Both the position numbers and the translations under genes were made by a program. The notes beneath the pieces were generated by a model, which searched no databases, was not told the origin of the DNA, and worked only from the letters and a program-made list of their open reading frames with translations. DNA of 64,000 nucleotides from Fimbriosthenelais zetlandica. Taxonomy: Eukaryota. Below are positions 14,608 to 25,700 of this stretch, piece after piece; the first letter of the stretch is position 1; each line of letters opens with the position of its first letter. The stretch covers positions 31,124,001-31,188,000 of the forward strand of contig OZ365113.1 in assembly GCA_977030845.1 (NCBI GenBank). The letters run 5' to 3'.

Positions 14608-15081
14608 TTCAAAGCATCCCTTAACCCTTCAAAGCCAACGGAACAGACACCAGCTAAAACCCTTAAATTCGTTTAAATCTTTAACAAAATTTAATTGTTA
14701 TGAAAATAAATTACACAAGCAATCACTGAATGTTGAACAACATTTTTTTCCTTTGATGATACTCGGAGCGCACAAGATTGAATTTTTCAAATTAAATTTT
14801 TAAATGTGTAGGAGACAGAAGATGCCTTAATGGTAAGAGAGAGTGACAATCGATTAATGAGAAGCTCAGGCTTGGGAGGTGCTCAAGGAGGAGTGATGCG
14901 AGCAATTAAACAGCGATTAAACACAGGCCTACCCAGATCAGTGTCATCGATTAAAGTGCTTCCCAAGCAAAAAAGGCCTTCAGCAATGAAGGCGCCTGCA
15001 GAATGCCGCAGCAATGTAGGCAGGGCTTAAAGGGGCCCAAACCAGGCTGGAATTAAACTCCAATTAGAATTAAAGGGGCCC
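14608..15081. promoter_or_regulatory. Candidate cis-regulatory module with homotypic CGATTAA sites and TCF/LEF-like sites
   Basis: TTCAAAG 14608 and 14628, CTTTGAT about 14750; CGATTAA 14851, 14914, 14948; TTAAAGGGGCCC repeated at 15027 and 15070. Confidence 0.35.
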
Positions 15082-18000
15082 GATTCATAGGAATCATGTT
15101 ATTAAGGGAGATCTATAAGGTTCATACGGCTAAAAGTTTGAAAGCTGGAATGGAATTCTTAATCTTCATATTAAAACCCAAGGTGTGTCTACATATACGC
15201 ATTAGTACTCACATTGTGAAATCGGAAATGCGATTATCCAAAAGTTTATAAGTAAGAAAAGAATAACAAGAAAGTACAAACTGAGAAGTATTGATTTTCC
15301 ATCTCATCAGATCACATTCCCTCCAAGTTGATACAAGGAATGACTAGAAATGAGAACATGAACGCTCTATTGGTTATTATTTTCTTTTAGCTTTTAGTCA
15401 GATAAATGTATTCCCTAATATTTCTTTCGGAGAGTACTTGATAGGTTCATGAGGCTAGGATTTCAGAGATATGATGAAAACTAGTGAGGAACAGTTAACA
15501 AGCTTAATGCAAAATAGTGTCCATGATGAGTGAGCGGAAGACATAGATTACATTATGATGCGACACTTGATAATACTGATACCTCTGATTTATGACTTAT
15601 GAAATTTATATGCTATTCAAACACGAATAAAAAGTACTTATCTAAATGATGAAAGTTCTAGTTTACAACCAATTTTCACTCGCAAATGTCATCGTTCTGC
15701 AATTTTTCTCGGAAGCAAATCTCATTGTGCATATTTAGTTACGTGCAAAGATGGGAAATTCGAAATTTGTATAACATTTGAGAAGATTTAGTGTGTGGAT
15801 TACGATGGATCCAAGATCAGGAATTAATACACTACATTCATTGCGAAGCCACATTATACATGTATCAACTGCACAAATGAAGTGCTCACATCCCGCGGAA
15901 AAAGATTACGCAGTTACGAGAAGTTCACAAAGATAATTATATACCTTCAGCATCCATCACCAGGACAAAAATGGCTGTAATTGCAATTAATGAAGGTCTG
16001 CATTGCAATCAATGAAATTCAGTGTGAATTCATTGGGCGCTTGTTTTCTACAAAGACACACGACATCATCATTTTCTTTGCAAGTGGCATGATGCGCCTC
16101 TGGCTTCTCTCTTCTTGATTCGCCGTCCAATAAAGTACCATAACAACGGTTAGTTGGGGACTAGCTCCCACACTAATGTCCTAATTTGTACCGCTGTCAT
16201 TCTGGCATGAACATCATCAAATAAGAAGGGAGAATTCACCCTTGGGCTTCGAGGAAAGGCAGTCTGGTAAGAGGCGACTGCAGCAGCAAATACACTAATT
16301 AGGTTCCATACTGTATGGCTGGGTGGGCAAAGCCAGCAGGGCCAAGAGATCAAGTTCATAAACAGGTTTTCATGTCTGCGGGTCTTGGCTTTATGTAAGT
16401 GGTAATTGCCCACCACGCATTGCCAGTGGACCACTCATAATTTGCTTGCCATATTTCATGACGCATGCTTAATCTACAGCAAATTAGATAAGTCTTTTAC
16501 ACACCACATGAGTCCGGCCCAGAGGTTGCTTGTAGCCAATATATTGTGTAAGAGGCAGGACTAAAGCAAATTATCGTCCATGTGAAGGCAGGATTCTTGC
16601 AGGCCTAATTGATAGATATGATTATGCACGTTGATGGAAACAGTTAATTAAATTTCATCACTTAGGATGTACAATAGCACATATTGTTATAAATTCTGGT
16701 GGTAAGAAAACAAGGCAAGACAAAATAACTCACAAGAATATAGGACACAGTAATTATCAACTTTCTTTATTATTCATAACGAAAAAATAGAATTTCCTCT
16801 AACTGCTAGACACAGTTACTCGGGCACCAATATATGGGCAACTCAATAGACTCATTTGGCCCTAATTATCTCAGATTCAATAATTATCTTGTTATGGCTG
16901 GGGGAATTAGCTGATTGGGGTGGTTTCCATGTTTAGTGTTCCTTGTTCTTCCAGGTTGAAGCCCAGCAGGCTAATGTTAACCATTTTATCATGGCTCGCA
17001 TCTACAGATAACAAAGTCATTCGATAATTATTGGGATCTTTTAATGCATCCTTCGTAGGTAAGTAATACAAGACCAACATTTACATTACAAGTATTCTCA
17101 TTATTTGTTTCCCAAGACATTCGTATCGAGAAGTAATCGGAGATGTTCTGGATCTTTCATTTTCAAATAAGCCGAGACTTTGCCAGGAAGGCGTTTACTG
17201 CCAGTTAGACCTGAAAACAAAGATATCAGATTCCCAAATATTGACATCATTCAGGCCACCAATATTATAAGCTATCATTAAGAGAAATCGATGAATGCCA
17301 CAAAATGGCATAGGAATAGATAATATTGCTAAATAATATTGCTAATTTGCTACATGGAAATTGTAGAAACCATTTCTAATTTTATAATTCATTGGTGTTG
17401 GACCCCGAAAGGAATTCTATAAGCAAATATAAGGTTGCCTATTTACAACAACAAAATGCATTAAAATATCATTCGGAGCAACTTAGCAAGCCAAATAAAT
17501 GTGGGTGCTTTAATTTATTGATTTAATGAAAAGGTTATGAACACCAAAACACCAACACAACTACTACCATCAAAGTAGGGTGTTCTTTGCACTCAAAATA
17601 TCAAACTCGATTTCTAGAACATCTAAATGAATGGAATTATTAATGCTATTGAAACAAAAGCTTTAAATGCTAGCGGATCAATCAGGCATAAAGCCAATAA
17701 GGGCAGAGCGGAGCTGTGAACCGCTGTGTGTATTGATAAATCGATCTTTCATCAGGCTGGCTGACTCCGATGTATGGGTCAAAGACTCAGAAGCAGAGCA
17801 GCCATGGTCTGAGACAAGCGAGCTTTGATGATATTAAACAGTGACAAAACTGATCGAAATAAGACCTAGTTTTGTGAGCATATCCTACATAAATATTTAA
17901 CAGCTGGCCATTGAGGGGCGTGTGCACTGCCATCGTTTTCATGAACTAATCATACAAGTGATTAGAACATTCACCCGGCTTATAATTGATTCGCTCCCTC

Positions 18001-19792
18001 CATTATCATTCACCAATCAGAAAATTACTTTCAGATGTATATTTCATGTAATGAGACAGAGTTTGTTTGTCAAATGACAGGTTATTAATGTGTAATAATT
18101 GTGTGTCAGATGGAAGCCTTCAATGGGGAGTTGGTTTTATGAGAGGTGATTGCCTATCCACCTATAAACTCAAATGTTCCGGTGCTGTATTGCGCTTGAT
18201 GATCCAACAGGTATAATTATGTTATTCATAACATAATTCATAACGAATTACTCACGAGAAAATAATTCAAAGTATTATTGTTGTACAGATAAGATTATAA
18301 TATTCGCTAAAGTTCGGCTTAGGTTTTTAAACTTAGGTCTTCTCAGCCATCACTAAATTTTAAGAACCTATTAGGTAGCCTAACCGTCAGTCATCTCTAC
18401 ATATCTCTATACATGTATTTATTGGAGCATCTATGTCTCTGAAGCAGCTTTTAACAGTACAAACTTATCCTCAGTTTTGCATTGCTAAAATTCCGAACGT
18501 GTTGGCTCCTGGATGCCCTTAGCATACTTGGACGTCCGCAGTTAACCACAGTACCTAACCTAATATTTGGAGGGTAATTGCTTGTTGGATCATCGAAATT
18601 CCACAACAAATGTCCATCTATTCATCGGCTGAACAGGGGAACCAAAATTTGAAATCAGCTTGAATCAACATGTGTTAAAGGCAAACAATAAGAGGTGTGG
18701 CCAGAAAACTTTACTCTTTTGTCCTGGTATGTCGACCAAAGTACAATGCAGCATGTTGCCGGGGCTAGGCACTGTATGAATGGCCATTATATTCCAGTGA
18801 TAAAAAATTACAGTTCCACCAGTGAAATGTCATTCTCATTATTCGCTGTATTAGCTCCTCCTCCCTCTACCCCAAACCTAGTCTTCATATGAGAGAACCC
18901 TGGATGAAATAAAGGTAAACCGGTACTTGAATATTAAAACTCACATTTTTCATATAAATCCATGAACTTAAGGTTCAATCACTTCTGTTATATGTGTCCT
19001 CGCTGACTTCAAAAGTGTTTGGTCAGAGAAAAATCAAAGTCCATCGGTTTAAATGGGTATTCGGATATCATTTCGTTGTTACATAAGAGAGCAAGTATTC
19101 ATAATATAGAATCGTAAATTGCACTTTTTTAAACATCCATAGGCTACATTGGTCTTAAGAGAAGAAATCGCAAGATATTTTAAGTTCTAGCTTGAATATT
19201 TTAGGCTGGTGGTATAATGTAGAAGGGTATCATCTCCTTTAGCTTGATGAGAATTGCATAGCTTTTTGATAGCGACTTATAATGATGTAGCCTTCATGGG
19301 TGAAGGCAAATTTCCAATCGAGCCAGGTGGGCAGGAATAGATCTAGACAGATTAGGTATTCATGGCCGTCTTAGTTTATGACAGAATCATGAGCATTCAT
19401 CACACAAACTATATACCCACATAATATGGCGGATATAATCCATGGATCTGACTAAAATTCACATAACCACTTGATGAAGGGGGTACAGGCAGTCTGCTGC
19501 ACCTCTGACCAGCAAGTATAACCACAGCAACGGCGGCCATCTTGAATTTTTTTCAGCTCCTTTTACTCGGAGGGAAATGAAAAAGATATTATCCCAGGGT
19601 AGACAATGAAGGGGTATAATGAGTTTTGCTATGATTGATCGTTTTCTCTGTAAGCATTCATTAGCGACCCTGCTGCCTTCCTTAAGCCGTGTTAAATCAG
19701 TTTAATGCAGACGTTACCGTAGTTTCGACACCTCAAGGATTAATGATTTCCACAATTAAGTCCTCCCGAGGACCAGAGCTGACAGCAAGCTC

Positions 19793-19883
19793 TGACCTTG
19801 ACCCGGATCTGGGCCAAGGGTGGTCATTAGAGCGCATGCCCGGCCAGGGATCACCATCCAGCTGACCTTTGACCCTGGGGTCA
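19793..19883 (-). promoter_or_regulatory. Nuclear-receptor element cluster (DR0, consensus DR1, ER2)
   Basis: TGACCT-TGACCC at 19793-19804 (DR0). TGACCT-T-TGACCC at 19863-19875 reads GGGTCA-A-AGGTCA on the minus strand (DR1). A further GGGTCA at 19878-19883. Confidence 0.4.
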
Positions 19884-20055
19884 GGTGACTTCATATCGAG
19901 CAGGGCCAGGGTGAGGATCTTCTGGATCCATATCTGTATAGGAGGGGTAGGGATCCAACTATAGGGGCTGTCTGAAGAATAAATGAAGGTTGGCTTTTAG
20001 GCTATTGATTTTTCTAATATGAAGTAGGTTGAAGCTTTTCCTTGGTGTCCATCTT

Positions 20056-21230
20056 GGGGGTGATGTAGGGAGTGGAAAGGAGGGGGGGGGGGGTGGTGGA
20101 AGGGGGGGGGGGGGGTGAAGGGGGTGAAGGGGGTGAAGCCCTGGACTGCCGGGGTCAGGAGGGAATAGCAGGAGGGCAGGTGGAGAAGGGACAATTGGGA
20201 GAAAGAAGGAGGAGAGGGAGAAAAGGGACCTCTTATGAAATTTGATCATCACTAAGACATTCATGTATTCAGGATTCATATTCAGTGGTCAGCATATGTA
20301 GGTTGATTTGGCTGGTGGCAGGGACAGGGGGTTGACCAGTGGGAGTCAGGTATTTTCATTTGTAGGTTAGAATAAATTTCCCTCTAAAACAGCATGGAGA
20401 CACTTTGAATAATCGACTTATGGGATTAATATATCATGACATGTTCTTACATCTTACATTATTAATCACTGAATTATCAATATCTTGATATTTTAGGCAA
20501 AATCAGTGGTAAAAGTTTCCAATGTTGAGCAAGAAGAAATGGGTAGACAGGGTGTAAGACAGGGACAGATGGAGGAAGAGTGAAGTGAGGAGCTCATGGT
20601 AGGCTACATTGTCACCTCAATGTAGAGGTAGGCTTATGAGGAAGAATAATATATGAAGGTAGATATATAGGATGGTCAAGCTTGCTAGTTCACATCTACC
20701 CCAGCTTTATTGCTTCTGACTCGTGTATGATGACGTCAGTGGCACTGTTCATCAGTAGAGACGCTGGAGTCGGGGGGAGGGTGAGTGGGAGGGAGGGTGG
20801 GAGGGATGGACAAGGTGGGGAGTGGTGGTATGCAGTAGTGGAAGGAAGTGATATTAATATTGAGGTGTTGGTGGAAAGGAAGGGAGGGGAAGAGCTAGGG
20901 GGAAGAGAAGGTATGAGGGAAAGAAAGGGAAAAGTACATGACTAGTGGAAGGACAGGAAGAGGTGAGAGGGAAGCCTTGGGAAGTAGACTTTGGAAGGGT
21001 AAGTTGTATACAAGCCGGCCAGAAGTACTTCAACAATGTGTTCAAATTACGAGAGCAGGTAGGAACGCGAGTAGGAACTAGGTGACAGGAGAAGAGAGGG
21101 AAGGATCAAGAGAAGAGAATTTCATTTTATGAAGATGATACCTCGGGACAAAGACGGATGTGCAGAGAAAGGAGGATAGGAAGCGAGAACGGCGAGGGAG
21201 AGGAAAATAGCCGGCGAATAATTGCATTGG
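20056..21230 (+). repeat. G-rich, polypurine low-complexity region
   Basis: G12 (20082-20093), G14 (20102-20115), GGGGGTGAA repeats, then long GA-rich tracts to about 21230. Confidence 0.85.
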
Positions 21231-21530
21231 GCGACTTGGCGATGGACTAGATTTGAGATTGATGTGGCGATAATCGGCCATGTCAGGTGGATAGGGCCGA
21301 CTTTGAGGCCGATCTAGATAAACATTATCTCCTGGTCGCTCCCGTGTTGAGAAAGAGGCTGAGGGTCTGATAAAGCCTCGTTCTGACCCGCCGTGTCAAC
21401 AGAGGTCAAGGTCAGCCAGAGGACACGACTGTTGCATGCCGGGAGATTGACGCATGCCGATGACAGGGATGGGGTAAAGTGTGTCCGTCCAGGAATGCTT
21501 CAGGCCAAGGGGTGCAGAAAGATGCTTTAC

Positions 21531-21605
21531 TTTTAAGTATCTTCATAAGGGACAAATCAATATTTTATTTTAAGTACCTTCAAAGGAGACAAATCAATAT
21601 TTTAT
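21531..21605. repeat. 37-bp imperfect tandem duplication
   Basis: TTTTAAGTA at 21531 and 21568; GACAAATCAATATTTTAT at 21551 and 21588. Confidence 0.85.
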
Positions 21606-24600
21606 ACCGTTTCCCCTTTCTGACCATTATTTGGGTAACTCATGATATAAATGACTTCAAACCAAGTAGGCCTATCACAAGCTGAGCTTCCTAAAATGTG
21701 ATAGAAAACACTTTTGGGTATACATGTATATATTATGTAACTTTTGAAGTTTTGGTTGCAATATTACATTCGATGAATAACTGAAGTGGTATATGGACAT
21801 GGGACTTTACTCCAGGCCTGTCATTATTATTCTTGTCAGTTTTATAAATAACAAGAAAGTTGAGTTAATTTCTGGATAGCTTCGACAAAATTACTCAGAG
21901 CTGGTCAGTCAGTCATCAACGCGCCCTGTGGCGAGATTAGGAACTAGGTCATGGGAATGAAGACCAGGCTTCGGCCGTTCATTTTGCCCCTTGCCCAACC
22001 CCACTGTTAACGATCTTTAGCTGCCATTTCTGCCCACTAAGGACCCCGAGGTGAATAAGGGCTGGATAAAAAAGGCCGGGGTCGAAGAGGGGATGAACTT
22101 TCAAGTCGGAGGGTGTGTGAGTCACTTGTATAAACACTTGAACGTTGTTTTGACACCTCCCCTCGTCCATCTATTACATTTCCAATCTGCCCTCCTCTTT
22201 TCCCCCAGCCATGCGACCCGTCCGGGCCTTGACAACCTATTGCACTCCAGCCTGGCCTTGGCATGGGCATCACAAGACCCTACAATTTAATAATCTCTTT
22301 CATTTCAGGCGTAATGTGGGTGCTGGGCGCTTTCATGTCACGCTGAATGCCAAAATTCTGCTCATTTCCACTGCTTGTCGCAACCAGTAATTAGATGTAG
22401 CGATGCCTCATTTCTGACCAGTAGTTGCCCAGGGCAGACCCTCGGTCTTGCCCAACAACTGCCCACTGACCAGGGCCGCTGCCACTCACCTCCTGACAAT
22501 GGAATCTTGGACCTTATAGGTAGGTGTCAGTGGTCAGCAATAAGAGAGGTTGGACTTCTATCTGGCCCCTGTCTCCTAGCCCCATCACCTCCCAATTACA
22601 AGCTGAGTGTTGCTGTCACCTTCCTTGATTTTCTCCCAAGATGGCGTTCCTCGTTCACCCATCTCGTTCACTGCGCAACACCTCGGGACCTCATCACAGT
22701 CGAATCAAGACTTCATTTTTCGGCCGGCCTTTTTGCCAGGCTTGAATCCCCTCCATCCACATAGCGCCATATCCCGCCCTGCACGGCTGGCAATTAACCA
22801 TCCCTCACCGACCCCCAATGTCCATTCCTCTCCAAGATGACCACTTTTTTCAGAGGGGCCATCTCTGCCCTGCGGACACCCATACCCAACTCTCCATCAG
22901 CCATTGAGAGTGGGGGCGAAATTCGGCCAGCAAATTTCTTAATATGTTGTCACTATTTGCGTGGAATTCCCACTTATTTCCAATAATTTCCCACGGCCGT
23001 AATTAGCATAAACCAGTTTGCATCGGTCATTTTCTCGTGATGGGGCTGGCTCGGGGCAGTGAATGTCGCCTGATGACCAGCCCGCCAGAACTGGACAATC
23101 ACATTTTGTACAAATTCAGCGGTCTTAACATGCGAGCCGCCAGCCTATCAAGTTGACCGTGCCCCCAGCACTGCCGCATCTTTCCATAATTGTCTTAACA
23201 TATGCCGTCAGAGGGACTCATTTCTAGATGAGCAACTCACTCCAAGCCCTCGAGCTGCTCAAGTAATGACCTCTGTACCGAAGGGCATCACTAGAATGGA
23301 GCGCATCAAATCAAGAGAGAACTTTTTCTGAGTGCTGTTTCTTTTCTTCTTATCACTTCTTTCTGAAAACTATTTCTTTCCTATATATTTGCGCGGAGGA
23401 GTATGGGGGATCTATTATTATCGCAATTATTTCAGATACAAGATAGTGATCAACATCGGACTGTAATTTACTTTCAAATATCTCACTGATGAATTTCATT
23501 TCAATAAGGCAAATTATTATGAAGGCGGGACTAGAAACATGAGTAAGATCACTTTGAGAAAAAGTAATCTTGTAGGGGTATCAAATATGAATTTCAATCC
23601 AATTAATGGAACTAAATGAAAAAGATAAGGGGTCATTATTATAGTTGGTGCTACAGGGTGAGGAGGTAGTTTTACTTTTTATAACACTTATTGACATTTA
23701 TTCCTAAGGGAATTCTCCCTGTGAATTATTATGGGTGAGGATGATGAGGCTTTAGACGAAGCCACTTATGGAAGCCATCTCGGAAGCCATGGCTTTACCG
23801 GGACAGAGTAAATCACGGTGATCACGATTCCCATGTACAACATTAAGACCTGTCCTATAATGCATGCTCCAAAAATACATGAATTGTAACATGTATGACA
23901 GATATGACTACATTGATTCATTCTGTAAATGGCTTCAAATGAAGCCATGAACAAAGCAAACTTTTAAAAATGGGTATTTAACATATCAGAAGGTTCTAGG
24001 TCAATGAGACGTTTCCCTGTCATTCAAAGGAAAAAATACATCTTAGTTTAATTGGGAGCTAGGTGCATCTGATGGACAAGGGGAAATGGGAGACATTTGC
24101 CGATGACAATATTTGGAGGCCATCATCATTGCTCCTCTCACTCTCACTCTCCTCCTCATAATGACCGCCATGCCTTCAGGTAAATCAACGATTATAAAAC
24201 ATGGTTATGGCTATCACTCGCCTCCAGGGCGTCTCAGGGAGGAGAAGGGCGAACAACAGAGATGATGGTGAGGCAGCTGAGTGGTGGTGGTGGTGTCTTA
24301 GGGACACAAAGATGGGAAGAAAGAAGGGGCAGAGATAAAGGACGGCTTGGAGAAAGCACCATGGCATGCCAAGAAATATTGGGCTGGGGGGATGCCATTA
24401 TCACTTGGCAATACACTCGGAGGTTATGATCTATTACTATAAACATCAGTACTCCCATGACAACTTTCTCAAATTAAAGGCATTTGTATATTTTTAGCCA
24501 AATTTCAAGAAATTGTTTGAGAATTGAGAAGATTATTGGATATAACATTAGGATATTTGATGGCAATGCTTTTCGGCTGTATACATGGGTGATGGTTTTG

Positions 24601-25660
24601 CGAGTGAAGAGAAAGCAGCAGAGGACTTTGGGTTAAGTATGAGGAGTTTGAGAGAAGCAGGGTGGAGGGTGGAGGCCTGAGCGTGCATAGAGATGGCCCC
24701 GCTGCCAGCCAGCCTATACACAAGGGGTGTCTGCCATCAGCTTTGTTTCCGTCAAGAAGCACAGCAAATCGTCAGCCCCCTCATCACCCTGTCTCCATCC
24801 CAATAAGATCTTACATCGCCTGGCCCGCCTCGCCATGTACATTCAGGCACACGCAGGGCAAACTTTCATTCATTCATCAATTCCTTTAATTTGGCCTCTT
24901 CCCACCGGGCTCTCCTTCCCCCACCGGTGCTTATAAGACCATTTTTATTCATTTCCCAGCCGCCTTTGTCAAAAGACCACTCGGTTGGGCTTGCATGATA
25001 AAGGGCCCCCGAATCTTACCGTTCGGCCTCGTCCATCTTAGAAGCCAGTTGATCAGAAAAATGGCTTAATTTTTCACCCACTCCCCTGACAGAGCAAGCA
25101 TGCGGACATCCAACCTCCCTACCCTCTCTCCCCTCCTCTTCCCCTCTCCGGTCAACCCCAGTGGTCAATCCCAAGCCCCAAAGCCATCAACAATAAAATT
25201 ATGCCCGCGTATTAATTTTGATGGGAGGGGTTCAGAGAGACAGGGATCCGGTCAGATTTTGGCCGGCATAATGTTTTCAATTTGGTCCTTCGATAAATCA
25301 TGGGTGAACATGATTTGTCACGGGCATCGGTGGGGCGCTCATCCCGAGCGACGTAATGATGGTATCCAAAATGAAGAATTGGTAGAGGCAGTGGTGAGCG
25401 ACCAATGGATGACCCTTAAGATGGCACTGCTTTTATACAACACCAATTTCTTCCATTCATCAAATCTCAACGGAAGCTGGTTCTTCTGAGACAGTGCAGA
25501 TCAGTGACTTCCTCGTTGAGGCGTAGGGTCTTGGCTATAATAATATCCAGGCCTCATATACAAAACAACTATCTTTTATTACACTGTGATTTCCTTGTTG
25601 TTTAGTCTTAAAATACCAACAATTTTCTTATTGGTTAAAAACTTAACTTCTCAAAAAGAA

Positions 25661-25700
25661 TCATCGAGACTCAAAAACATTCATCGAGATTCACAAACAT
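25661..25700. repeat. 20-bp tandem duplication
   Basis: TCATCGAGACTCAAAAACAT followed by TCATCGAGATTCACAAACAT (2 mismatches). Confidence 0.85.

Noticed and set aside
17101-17210. Minus-strand acceptor and a peptide ending LLLDTNVLGNK, like a PIN-domain start
   Set aside because: A stop follows immediately, whereas a PIN domain would continue for about 120 aa.
19959-20279. Proline-rich ORFs
   Set aside because: Artefacts of translating poly-G runs on the opposite strand.
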